A stretch of 64,000 bases of DNA, from assembly GCA_002269645.1 (NCBI GenBank), contig NIVC01000092.1, forward strand, positions 496,001-560,000, given 5' to 3'. The DNA comes from Macrostomum lignano (taxonomy: Eukaryota). Under the pieces are notes generated by a model that saw nothing but the letters and a program-made list of their open reading frames with translations, was not told the origin of the DNA and ran no database searches. Shown here in pieces: positions 23,831-36,162 of this stretch. Each line of letters opens with the position of its first letter. The first letter of the stretch is position 1. A program made the translations under genes and the position numbers.

Positions 23831-23970
23831 CATTAGTCGCCGAATGCTAAAAGTCACAGTTCACGCCAGTCAAGTCACTGTAAGCAGTATATATGACAAT
23901 GCATTGGATGAAATGAATCAGCAAGGTTAGCATTAATTAATATCCATGTTCCAAGCGCAGTTGAGGCAGT

Positions 23971-26900
23971 CTAGATGGCCAGGGAGTACAGGTATTTAAC
24001 CTGGGCAGCGAGATAGTGCAGGGCATCTGTAGTGCGCTGAATACAGAAGTCTACAGCGTTGCCCAACCAGGCCACAACATTCGGCATGTAGAGCCGCATC
24101 TGGAAACATGTGAGAGATGCCGTTATCAATGTGAGAGATGCCGTTATCAATGTGAGAGATGCCGTTATCAATGTGAGAGATGCCATTATCAATGTGAGAG
24201 ATGCCATTATCAATGTGAGAGATGCCATTATAAATGTGAGAGATGCCATTATCAATGTGAGAGATGCCATTATCAATGTGAGAGATGCCATTATCAATGT
24301 GAGAGATGCCATTATCAATGTGAGAGATGCCATTATCAATGTGAGAGAGAGATGCCATTATCAATGTTAGAAATCCCATTATTAATAGGATGGAGACATG
24401 AAGATGACAGACACCACTTAAAAACACGAGTACAGAGCTATGCCAACAATAAAGATCTCACCTCAGCCTCAGCGTACTGCCACGCGTCCACGACTCCGTT
24501 TCTAGCGGTCAGCCAAACGGCGGTCATCCAGGGCAGGGCCTGCTCCCGATAAAAGTGCAACCAGGCGGCCCAGGCGGTGGCCAGCCTGGGCTGTGCGTGC
24601 TCCCGCCAAGCCTGGCCAACTTGGCGGCACTTGGGCAGCAGCGAGTCGTGATAAACGTCAGCAAGGCGGTCCCACAGGCGGAGCAGCTCGGGCGAGATGT
24701 TGCGCTCATAGTAGATACGGCATTCTGAGTGCAGACGCCGGACATGGTACAGCACCAGCCGGTCCTCCAGGTAGTCGCGGACTGGGTGCACTGTGGTTGA
24801 AGTGATATGCGGTGTATAGCAACTCTGAGGATCTGGGAGTGGAACTGAGGATAATCCTAAGGATCTGGGAGAGAGGCTATTTGCCTTACTTGACTTACTA
24901 GGAGAGAGGCTAAGCCTGAGTATAATTCTGACGATTCCTGAGAGGATAATCATGAGGATAATCCTGAGGGGATAATCGTGAGGGGATAATCGTGAGGGGA
25001 TAATCGTGAGGTAATAATCGTGAGGGGATAATCGTGAGGGGATAATCATGAGGGGATAATCGTGAGGGGATAATCGTGAGGTAATAATCGTGAGGGGATA
25101 ATCGTGAGGGGATAATCGTGAGGGGATAATCGTGAGGGGATAATCGTGAGGGGATAATCGTGAGGGGATAATCGTGAGGGGATAATTATGAAGGGATAAT
25201 CGTGAGGGGATAATCGTGAGGTAATAATCGTGAGGGGATAATCGTGAGGGGATAATCGTGAGGGGATAATCGTGAGGGGATAATCGTGAGGGGATAATCG
25301 TGAGGGGATAATCATGAAGGGATAATCGTGAGGGGATAATCGTGAGGTAATAATCGTGAGGGGATAATCATGAGGGGATAATCGTGAGGGGATAATCGTG
25401 AGGTAATAATCGTGAGGGGATAATCGTGAGGGGATAATCGTGAGGGGATAATCATGAAGGGATAATCGTGAGGGGATAATCGTGAGGTAATAATCGTGAG
25501 GGGATAATCGTGAGGGGATAATCGTGAGGTGATAATCGTGAGGGGATAATCGTGAGGGGATAACCATGAGGGGATAATCGTGAGGTGATAATCGTGAGGT
25601 GATAATCGTGAGGGGATAATCGTGAGGGGATAATCGTGAGGGGATAACCATGAGGGGATAATCGTGAGGTGATAATCGTGAGGTGATAATCGTGAGGGGA
25701 TAATCGTGAGGGGATAACCATGAGGGGATAATCGTGAGGTGATAATCGTGGTGATAATCGTGAGGTGATAATCGTGAGGTGATAATCGTGAGGGGATAAT
25801 CCTGAAGATCTGGGAGCGGAACTGAGTATAATCCAGAGGCTAAGCCTGAGGATCTGGGAGGACGGCAGTGGCCAGCCCGAGAATTTGAGAGAAACCCAGA
25901 AGCCGGAACTCACCAAAAGACGGCATCTGTCCGCGCGGCACAAACGCCAGGGCGCAAAGGACGCTAGCAGTAACCATGGCAACCAGCAGCAGCAGGCTGG
26001 CCAGCCGCATCAGCCGGAGCAGAACTCGGCCAACAAAACCGCAAATCCCATTGCCACCGCGCCGACGACCGGATCGACTGCTCAGACTGGCGGCGGCAGC
26101 TTCGGCAGCGCCGGCCGCGGCCATCTTGACAATGTCCGACGGGAACGGCGGCGAATTCGTGGGCTGCGAGGCCAGCCGGACAGACAGGGACAGCCGGGCA
26201 GCGCGGCCGAACGCGCCTTCGCCGTCCTTGCCGCAGTTGGTGTCGAGAGCCTCGCGCAGCAAGCGCAGGTCGGAGGCGGCCTCAGGTGAGAACGGCAGGT
26301 TGGCCAGCAGGTCAGGCGGGCCGGCACGCAGGCTGTCCATCAGGCACTGCCAGGGCAGGTCGCCTGGCGGAGCGGCGGTGTCCCAGCGGCGCAGGGCGGC
26401 CAGCAGGCGGGCGCAGGCGTCGGGCTCCGGGCTGGCGGAGGCGGCCAGGCGCTGCCAGGCCGGGCGGAGGCGGGCGAGGCAGCGCTGCAGGCGGTCGCGG
26501 GTCTGGCCGGGCCCGGCCAGGGCGGCGGCGTCGAGCAGGCCGGCGGCGTGTCGCAGCGACAGCTTGGTGGAGGCGGCGGCCTGGTCTCGAGTGAGCTCGT
26601 CCAGGGTGTCCAGCAGGTCGGGCGCGGCCCACCTGGTGGCCAGGAGTTGGCCATCGCCGGCAGGCAGAGCGCAGTCGATGAGCACCTGGAGACCCGTGGC
26701 GCGGTCCCTGTTGAAGGGGGGATATTTGAGCAGTGTTTAGCTGTAATCCATGAATCCATGAATCCAATAGACAACCTATGGGAAGATTCTAGGAATCCAA
26801 AAGACAACCTATGAGAAGATTCTAGGAATCTAATAGACAACACGTGAAAGATTCTAGGAATCCAAAAGACAACCTATGAGAAGATTCTAGGAATCTAATA

Positions 26901-29613
26901 GACAACACGTGAGAAGATTCTAGGAATCCAATAGACAACACGTGAGAAGATTCCAGGATTCCAACAGACAACCTGTGGAAAGATTCTAAGTATATAATGG
27001 ACAATCTCATACGAATCTAGGAGACAAACAGACTAAATATGAGAAGAACTTCAGGAAGCCAATAGAGAATCCATAAGATCTCACTTATAGGCGGTCTGGC
27101 CCAGCGCCCACATCAGAGCGGCAAAGGCGGCCCTGGTGCCCCTAGCCGAGTCAAACAGTTCGCGCATTCGCTGGCGACAATCAGCGTGGCCCGGCAACTG
27201 CGGCAGCAGTCGGACGGCCAGCTGCAGCACGGCTCGGGTGCCGAAGGCGCCAGCCTGTTTCTCGGACTGCTTCACCAGACGCTGGCAGGCGTGCAGATAG
27301 AAACGGCGCTTCACTTCGTCCGAGACTGACTCAAGTAGACGGTTGAGCAGCTGACGGCTGGCGTTGGGCAAATTGTTGCTAGGGAAATCTGCGGGAGGTG
27401 AACAACAATTAATATATGTATTGTTGGCCACCTTGAGGGTTTTGGTGTTTTTATAGACTGTTTAGAGGGCGATTTCGGTGGATTTTGTTGACTGTTTAGA
27501 GGGCGATTTTGGGGATATTGTTGACTGTTTAGAGGGCGATTTCGGTGGATTTTGTTGACTGTTTAGAGGGCGATTTCGGTGGATTTTGTTGACTGTTTAG
27601 AGGGCGATTTTGGGGATATTGTTGACTGTTTAAAGGGCGATTTTGGGGATATTGTTGATCCCCAATATTTAGAGGGCGATTTTGGAAATTGTTTACTGTT
27701 TTGAGGGCGATTTTGGGGATATTGTTGACTGTTAAAAGGGCGATTTCGGGGGATATTGTTGACTGTTTAGAGGGCGATTTTGGGGATATTGTTGACTGTT
27801 TAAAGGCGATTTCGGGGGATATTTTTAACTGTTTAGGGGGCGATTTCGGGGGATATTGTTGACTGTTTAGAGGGCGATTTTGGGGGATATTGTTGACTGT
27901 TTAAAGGCGATTTCGGGGGATATTGTTGACTGTCTAGACTCTCTAGAGGGGCCATTGATACTCGTATCATTAGTAGGCGAATTTTAAGAGGTTTTCTCGG
28001 AAAGAAACCTTGAATTTATATGAAGTTTTTTTTATTTTGCGTATGATAAAGATTATTAAAAAAAAACTGCAACTCACTTAGATCCGTTCGAGTCCAATCC
28101 TCTTTTTTATCGTAGACCATGTCCAGATCGATAATAGCGCAGATGTCAACTAGCCAGGCCAGTGGCGAATCAGGAATCGTATTGCGAGACTGTTCCAGGG
28201 CCCGCTCAAGTCTGGCTGGGGAGACCTGCGAGGCACAGCGGATCGGTTTCAATATGAAATTGTTGCTAGCAGGATTGTATTAGACACCTGACCCTGCCTA
28301 GCAGGATTGTATTAGACACCTGACCCGGTTTAGTAGGACTCTATTAGACACCTGATCCTGTCTAGCAGGACTCTATTAGACACCTGACCCTGTCTAGCAG
28401 GACTCTATTAGACACCTAACCTGCCTAGCAGGACTCTATTAGACACCTAACCTGCCTAGCAGGACTCTATTAGACACCTAACCTGCCTAGCAGGACTCTA
28501 TTAGACACCTAACCTGTCTAGCAGGACTCTATTAGACACCTAACCTGCCTAGCAGGACTCTATTAGACACCTAACCTGTCTAGCAGGACTCTATTAGACA
28601 CCTGACCCTGTCTAGCAGGACTCTATTAGACACCTAACCTGCCTAGCAGGACTCTATTAGACACCTAACCTGCCTAGCAGGACTCTATTAGACACCTGAC
28701 CCTGCCTAGCAGGACTCTATTAGACACCTGACCCTGCCTAGCAGGACTATTAGACACCTGACCCTGTCTAGCAGGATTCTATTAGACACCTGACCCTGTC
28801 TAGCAGGATTGTATTAGACACCTGACCCTACCTAGCAGGATTGTATTAGACAGTTAACTGTCATATAATCTGTCTAAGACCTGAAGATACATATACAGTA
28901 CAGCTGCATCCAGCCAGATTTTACCTGACACATATACATTGTAGTAGTCTAATCTTATACTTACAGCCTGCAGCGCTTCAATATTGTTAGCCGGTGGTCT
29001 TTTAGCAGAGCCTCCATTGCTACTTTGAGTCTTGCTCCCAGAAGACTGCTGCTGCTGCCGGGCTTTGGCAGGTGAGCCTTGATTTCCGGCGCCATTGCTT
29101 CTACTGGCACCCCCGGCGCCATTGGCCTCGGCATAGGCAGCAAGGTCTAGCCCTTCGCCTCCAGCCAGGTAGATTGACGATCTGGCCACGTGATCTGGAT
29201 AATTATTCAACAATTAGAATAACTAGCAGTTGAGAAGAAAATAAATGAGCTGCCTATAGCTCATTAATTAATTAAAATACAGTCATACAACCAAAATACC
29301 TTATAAATTATACTAAACTTTTGTTTAATACTCTACTGACAGTAGAAATAAAAGGAAAACACGCTTAGAAAAGAACCCATATGTCCAATGCATGTACTAT
29401 TCAACTAAACTAATACTTAGTCGCTACGCAATAGTGACAAAGTGTTAATGAATTTAATAATAATTGATTGATTAATTTATCAACATTAAATTAATAAACA
29501 AATAGCTTACCAAGATCTTCCACACGAAGCATATTTTCGTTAATTTTCTTCTTATCATGCTTGTTCAACTTGTCCTTCTTTTTTCCATAAGAAACTCTTT
29601 CCCAGTTTTCCAT
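23971..29613 (-). CDS. TMEM214: Transmembrane protein 214 homolog (about 678 aa); exons 29613-29511, 29194-28965, 28225-28078, 27388-27085, 26707-25914, 24790(or 24829)-24462, 24099-23971
   Basis: N-terminal WERV.YGKK; LERALEQSRNTIPDSPLAWLVDI, DFP/NFP..LLNRLL and ALMWALGQ match recalled TMEM214 motifs. It has a hydrophobic TM segment (LLLLVAMVTASVLCALAFV) and consistent splice phases. The exon 6 acceptor is ambiguous. Confidence 0.85.
24110..24365. repeat. Intronic minisatellite, 21-bp GATGCCATTATCAATGTGAGA (TMEM214 intron 6)
   Basis: About 12 tandem units. Confidence 0.93.
24960..25800. repeat. Intronic minisatellite, 14-bp GAGGGGATAATCGT (TMEM214 intron 5)
   Basis: Tandem units, bracketed on both sides by related GATCTGGGAG..GGAACTGAG segments. 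Confidence 0.95.
26770..27080. repeat. Intronic minisatellite, 33-bp GAGAAGATTCTAGGAATCCAATAGACAACACGT (TMEM214 intron 4)
   Basis: Tandem units, degenerating at the edges. Confidence 0.88.
27450..27935. repeat. Intronic minisatellite, about 33-bp GACTGTTTAGAGGGCGATTTTGGGGATATTGTT (TMEM214 intron 3)
   Basis: Tandem units. Confidence 0.92.
28270..28850. repeat. Intronic minisatellite, 31-bp CTAGCAGGACTCTATTAGACACCTAACCTGC (TMEM214 intron 2)
   Basis: Tandem units. Confidence 0.94.
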
Positions 29614-30299
29614 TGTTGAATAGGTTCAACTCTGTGGCTGGAAACAATGTAAAATGCATTTACATTGCATAGAACTCTTGACATTTATAATTAATATATG
29701 GCTCAGTGAAGTTGCATAATAACTGCTAGATTATAAATATATTGGTCAATGTTAGAATAGCCCTTTACACTGCTGACTCTCTGACCTACAGAAGTTTCAA
29801 AAGTCTGCAGACTCTGTGTTTACGATTGATCAAATTTGAGAATTGATAAAGGACTCTAAATGGCAATAATCCTAATGATTATAAATCATTAACTCTTAAA
29901 ATCAAATATAGAGTCCCTATAAATAAGCAACATCAATCACCTATACACGTCTTTTTGTATAATTTTACTAATATTAGGTTAACTATATACCAACTTGTGT
30001 TCTCTACTTTTCAGATAGAGTCGACTTGTCTGCAAATTGATAAGTTGATGGCAGACAAAGTGACTGGAATCCAAAATATTATACACTACATATACAATAG
30101 TTAAAGTTTTATTTATCTAAAACTTAAAGGCATATTGTACAATGTATTACCTATATTAGATAATCTTTATAATATACAACACTGGCCAACTCTTCCATTG
30201 GAGGAGAAAGGGGATAGAACTTCTATCGACAGAATTCAATTCACTGAAATCAATCAGCTGAATCCCATTTTCTAAATCCTCTAAAATATAAAATAATTT

Positions 30300-30627
30300 T
30301 CAAACAAAAGCTTGTTAATAGTTAGGATAGACATAAAAATGGAGTAAATTCATCTTAAATAAAGATTTGAGGCAGGCATTGATCTCTTTGGCTAGTTTGC
30401 CAATGTCTGTCAGACAATGCCTGTCTAAAGCATGGCATTGGCAAACTCTGGCTTCTGGCATCTGCCTCTATGTCCCTTGGGTCCTTTAAAACTTATTTGC
30501 TCTCTCCTTTCTGCACTCTCATCTCTACTCTCATCTCTCCCCTCTTTTCTGCTCTGTCATCTCATCTCTATTCTCTTATCTATTGTCTCTCCTCTATCCT
30601 ATCCTCTCTCTTTTCTCTCTCCTCTCT

Positions 30628-30700
<73 letters not shown>

Positions 30701-31200
30701 ACTCTCCTCTTCTAATCTCTAATCTCTTATATGTTGTCTCTCCTCTACCCTGTCCTCTCTCTCTCTCTCTCCCTTTTCTCTTTTCTCTCTCTCTTCTGTG
30801 CTCTCATTTTTCATATCTCCTACGCTCGTATATTCTCTCTACCCTCTCCTTTCTCATGTCTCATCTTTCCTCTCTTCTCACTACCATATCCTGTCTTCTC
30901 TCTTCTCTCTCCTCTCTACTCTATTGTCTTTCCTTTTTTCTCTCCCCTCTTTTATATACTCAGCAACATTGAAAAGTTGCCATCACAGAAGATTCCATCC
31001 ATGATCACCTCTTTTGAGAGTGCAGGTAAAGTCTCTTTCTCACATCTTTTGTTTCAGAATAGTCCAAGAGAAATTTCTCACTGGTATATAGATTGGCAAC
31101 TTTTCAATCAATGTTGCTAAGTAAGCTTGTATATCTACTCTCTTTTATATCATCTCTCCTCTCTTCTTCTTTCTCTCTTATCTGAATGACTAAAGGCACC
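30300..31200. repeat. Dispersed repeat related to 1822-2400: conserved lead-in, degenerate Charlie-like TIR, CT-rich tract with (CT)n
   Basis: CAAACAAAAGCTTGTTAATAGTTAGGA...AAGATTTGAGGC aligns with 1822-1895. CATGGCATTGGCAAACTCTGGCT lies at about 30431. Confidence 0.65.
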
Positions 31201-31789
31201 AATAATGAAACCAATCAAAATTTGTCACCTAACTCTTCCATTACTGAGATTAATCAAATGATAGCTGGCTTGAATGTGCATATGCAACCCTCCAACTTTA
31301 TCTCTGACTCCAAATGACTACAATATTTGCAAAAAGTTGAAAGTATAGAAATTGTTTCTTCAATGCTATGCTTTTTGTTTTTATATTTAAAGTAAACAAC
31401 TTATATCCCCAAACTTAGCATTGCAAGATCTTTTTAGCAATATGAGATAAGTCCTTTCAAAGTTTAAAACTTGAGGAATAGTCATCATTTGAAATTCCCA
31501 AATTAAAGCATTGAAATATTGAGTGTACATTTACTGCCTGCTATAGTAAGAGATTTGCAAGTTTATTTATTGAATTTCACTGCCTAGCTAATATATAGTG
31601 CTGCCTATTGAAAGGCATTGATAATAAAACCAATTGAATCCTGACAGGTCCTAGCTATTATAGCTTCTGTTTACATTGTATATGCTATGTACACTTAGCC
31701 CTTCTTGTTTTGGGGTGAATCAAATTTAATTGCACCCCAACACAGAGATTTGATTTCCATTGACTGCAGAACACATGTCATATACCCCA

Positions 31790-32107
31790 TCCAATATATA
31801 GCAACCTGCAGGCTGAGGTTGGGGTGGTTGCTTTTATAAACATGCCACCACCTCTCTAATCTCTGCCTTGGGCAGGGCCTTACTTAGACTCAATTGCAGG
31901 GACATTGGGGTAGTGACCATGGCCCTTTTGGGTCATGGCTGTTTTGCCAGGCATTGCCACCTCTAGGGAAAAATCTGCAGTACAGTAGGCCTAAAGAATG
32001 CCCATTCTGCCTCTGGTGTCAAGAATGCAGAGCACTCCATCTGTGAATGCCCCACCTTTACTCAGGTCAGGCTCACCTACCTTGGCTTAAAACCTAGACC
32101 TCTCTAA
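31790..32107 (+). mobile_element. Degraded non-LTR retrotransposon (I/R1/LOA-type) ORF2 3' end
   Basis: Manual translation gives LLRLNCRDIGVVTMALLGHGCFARH, then ECPFC (other frame), then EHSICECPTFTQVRLTYLG. This is the GH...CxxC...H...C zinc-knuckle tail typical of these LINE clades, here with a stop and a frameshift. Confidence 0.6.
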
Positions 32108-32436
32108 TGTTTTTAGGCCTAAGAATCTCTACTAGCTCATCCACTACACTACCTAAGGGCTACCAGGCCAGAAAGGCCAGAGGGGGACCACACTGTGGAC
32201 ACTAATACCACTGGAACTCCCTGTGCAACACTACAACAATAGCTGCCTATGGTTGCTAGGGCTTAGGGAAATGGGCAGCAATATATCCTCACTATTTCTA
32301 GACACACGGAGCCCCTTGCAACTAAGTCAAGTAAGACCACCCCTTTAATGGAAAGCCAAAGTGAAGAAGGTTAAGAAAAGTGTTGTTTGCTTTTTTAAAG
32401 ACTTAATTTTAAAATTTTCAATATTAAAATAACCTA

Positions 32437-33414
32437 CAAGGGGTGATTAACAAGTTCTGCAACTTTTGTTATAGCTTTTAGTTATAGAATCAGCAAAAGC
32501 CAAAAATGTACACATATGCGGCTATATCTGTTTGCTATATTTATATACATTTTTAGCTTCCAAATGTGCTCCAGTAAAATTTCATAGCCATATATTTTCC
32601 ATGTGTTTTTAGTAGCTGATGGAAACATCAAAAGACAGTGTTTGCTTCTACATCTTTATGTGCATGCAACTTGGTTGCAAAATGACTGAGATTTGCACCA
32701 ATCTGGTGAATGTTTTAGCTGACTCTGCTCCATCATTTGACATGGTTGCCCACTGGCTGCGCCATCTCTTGGAAGGCTGGGACAGCTTCAACGATGAACC
32801 AAGGTCTGGCAGACCCAAGACATCTGTGACAGAAGATGTCGTGGCCTATGCTGATACAATAATTCGTGAGGATTGGAGCATTATGCTGAGATTCCTTGCC
32901 TATAAGCTTGGTGTCAGCTATGGAAGTGCTCATAACATCATGCATGAGCAACTAGGCTGCACAAAGACTTGCGCTCAGTGGGTACCCCATCTTCTCACTC
33001 CGGAGCAGCAAGCAGAGAGGGTGTGCATCTGTTGCTTGTGGCTGCAAATGTTTGAGCCCCAGGGCCCACAACAACTGTCAGATGTCATCACAGGAGACAA
33101 ATGTTGGATCTCCTTCTGGGTAGATCGAACACTTTAGAGATGGCCAGTCTGCTGTGAATGAATTCAAAATGAAAAACTCCAAAAATGGAGATGAAAAAAT
33201 TATTGCCATAGATTGTTGAGGTTGTGTACCACTACCCCTGACCTTTGCGCAAGTTTCTTGCTGTAGCTCTTGAATAAAAAAAGATATCAACATGATTTTA
33301 ACTTTGTATTCTTTGTGACAAAATTTCCTTTCATTTGACACCATGGGCGTGAAATTTCATGGCTCTGTTGAAGAGCTACATTAGACATTCCGGGAACTTT
33401 TGGGACACCCCTTG
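32437..33414 (+). mobile_element. Mariner (Tc1/mariner) element, internally deleted and rearranged; transposase pseudogene from 32619
   Basis: TA|CAAGGGGTG...CACCCCTTG|TA termini. The ORF has DEPRSGRP, LGVSYGSAHNI, WVPHLLT and VITGDxxW mariner motifs but lacks the intact rest of the DD34D domain. Confidence 0.88.
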
Positions 33415-33828
33415 TAATTGCAAAAAAGACTTGTATAGTTAAATTCTTGATTGGGCTAATTTTTCAAAGCTTTTGATTAGTAGCCTAAGTTAATTAGGCC
33501 AAGCTTAGAATCAAAAATAAATTTTTAAGACCTAGTTAATTGCTTTAGCCCTTTATTTCTAATATATTTTTGGCCTTAGGTATACTTCATAAATACATCA
33601 AGCGCACAGAACAAAAATTGACAAAGAAACTTGAAGAAAGGTATGCCAAACCAAGGTGTACACTGTACTTTATATATCAAATGCATAAAACAAGAAAATT
33701 TTGACCAAGAAAAGCACATAGAACAATAGATGTTTTTGCCAGAAAAGTGTGTTGAAAAGAAATGTTGCAATGGTAGCTCTAGTGAGAATGTTAATTTACT
33801 AAAGCTGCCTTAGAGTTAAAGAAAAATA

Positions 33829-34243
33829 GGCAATCCTACACTTCCATTTGGTAAATTATTTTGACACTGAATTTTAAACAGGCGTGTTAAATAACAATGT
33901 AACCAAACAAAACTGAAACAGTGGAACATGGTAGCAGTCTGTTAGAGCGCATAGCCATAGTCACTTAGAGTGTGTCTGCAGGTCATTAAAGTGTCTACAA
34001 TAGATAGTAATGTCCAATCCAGTATAGGATAGCCCCAAATAGACATTGGGGATACAGACAACGCCAAATTGAAGCTCAAAAAAACAAGCAGCTCATAAGC
34101 AACAGCTCCCTTAAACTGACACCCCCTTAAACTCTGTTCGCTCAAACTTTTGGCCATAGACACAATGCCAATCAACGTCATTTGACTCGGTGGTACGAAT
34201 TCAAATGTTAAAATAATTTACCGAATGGAAGTGTAGGATTGCC
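33829..34243. mobile_element. 415-bp MITE with about 45-bp TIRs starting GGCAATCCTACACTTCCATT and an 8-bp TSD (Merlin/MULE-like)
   Basis: TIRs at 33829-33875 and 34196-34243; GAAAAATA at 33821-33828 and 34244-34251. Confidence 0.85.
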
Positions 34244-34674
34244 GAAAAATAATGCATAGAATGCATTATTGATTATTTATTTTTGGGATGAACTTCATCC
34301 TAGGTGCTGAACAATAGATTTTTTTGCTAGAAAACTAGAAAAGTATGCATTTTGTTGGATTTAAATGTTGCAATTGTAAAACTAGCACCAATCTTATTTT
34401 AGTAAAGCTCCCGCAGGGCCAACAATGCATTCAGATATATTTCTGAATTATTATAAAAATAATATTCAGATATAATCTGAATCTGAAATTTTAGATCTAA
34501 TCTTAGATCTACTCTGTACTCAGATCTAATTTTTCAGATCTAATAATCTGAAATATATTCAAATAGGATAATATAGATGTATTTTATGTATTCAGACACC
34601 AAAACAAAATATATTCAAATAAAATTTAGTTTCACTGTTTTTTAGTTTATTGTCCTTTATAAGTTTATGGAAGT

Positions 34675-35442
34675 CCATAGTCAGGAAGGTGGCAGTTTGG
34701 TCGGAAAATTCCGGCGCACACAAGCCCTTTTTGGGCACACAACGGCGCACAACGGCGCACAGCGGCGCGCCACAACAGCGCACAGCGGCGCACTGGCGCA
34801 CAGCGGCGCACAACGGCGCACACCAGAGGACACCGGCGCATGGCGGCGCGGCGCGGCGGGTGCCGCGCCACATGCAGCGTTACCCTTGTGGCGATCCCAT
34901 GTAACGATGTAAGTCGTTACTTGTTACAGTACACTATTCACTGTTCTATCTAATGTAACACTGCATTCTACCAAAAAATAAAAAATAAAATAAAATATTT
35001 TCCTTTTCCTTTTCACCTTTGTTTTTGCCATTTGCTTACTTTTTATGTTTGTTTTGTTTTAAAAATTAAAAATTAAATTAAAAATTTTTTAAATTTCTAT
35101 TTTCGGTTTAACGATCTCAATTTCTCATAATATAATATAGATAGCCCGTAACCGTCCCGTATTAACCATTATATTCTCTTGTCTCGTGACTCGACTTTCG
35201 TGTAACGTTTATTTATTTCATTCATTTATTCTAAGAAATATTATAGGGGTAGGGTTTATTGAAAATATTGGCGCACAAAAATTGTTGCTATGTTGTAAAA
35301 AAAGGTCTTTTATTGTCGCAAGGCAGGTAGTGGCGGGCGCACAACGGCGCACACGAGGGTTTTTGTGTCGGCGCACGGCGCACAATTTTGGGAGAGGCCA
35401 AAATTTGTTCCGGCGCACACTCTGCCACCTTCCTGACTATGG
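34675..35442. mobile_element. 768-bp non-autonomous TIR element with subterminal CGGCGCACA repeats
   Basis: Perfect 21-bp TIR CCATAGTCAGGAAGGTGGCAG and an 8-bp TSD ATGGAAGT (34667-34674, 35443-35450). It has GC-rich ends around an AT-rich core. Confidence 0.88.
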
Positions 35443-36162
35443 ATGGAAGTCCCATGACTGTCAAACGACCAAACAATCAAACATGTTTCCATATTGCACA
35501 ATGTATAAAATATAGTATGAGATAATTTCGGCTTTATTTTTAATCATTTGTATACAGCAGGCAGCAGGCTTAATATAATATTTAGCAATTCAAAAACAGT
35601 AGAATGATTTAGCAAAGAAAAATGGTTGTCGCGCGAACTCTTAAAAACGTTTCTATTTATTTTAAAATTTATATTGCCGCCATACACAAACATCGTGGTA
35701 AAAATACGAAATGATAGACAAAAAAATTTAACTAATGCTCAAAAACCAAGCGCATTTCAAGAATTATTTTTACCAACCTTATTATTGCAAATGAGCATTA
35801 TACGTACAGTTAAAATTAGTTTAAGGAACGCAAAAATGTTTTGCTTTATGATAGCGTAGGCACATATACCATGTGGGTTACAATCACAGTATAAAAATAA
35901 TTGAACCCAGTTGCAGCAGTTTGAGAAATTTCATCGGAATTTTGACCAAAGTGCATGTTATTACCATATACAGGTGTTTGCATCTTCAGTAATTTCTATG
36001 GTGCTATTGTTAAGGAATTGCATCTATATATAATTTATATCCTCAAAAACAAAGACCACAGATGTGCATCCTAGGATTTGATTACAATAAATGTACATAG
36101 CTTTGCATGGGAGCGTATGTAAAGGAAATGTAAAGGAATAAATATGTATGGAAACAACACAT

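Noticed and set aside
25885-26843. Overlapping antisense and alternate-frame ORFs across TMEM214 exon 5
   Set aside because: These are shadow ORFs of a very GC-rich coding exon.
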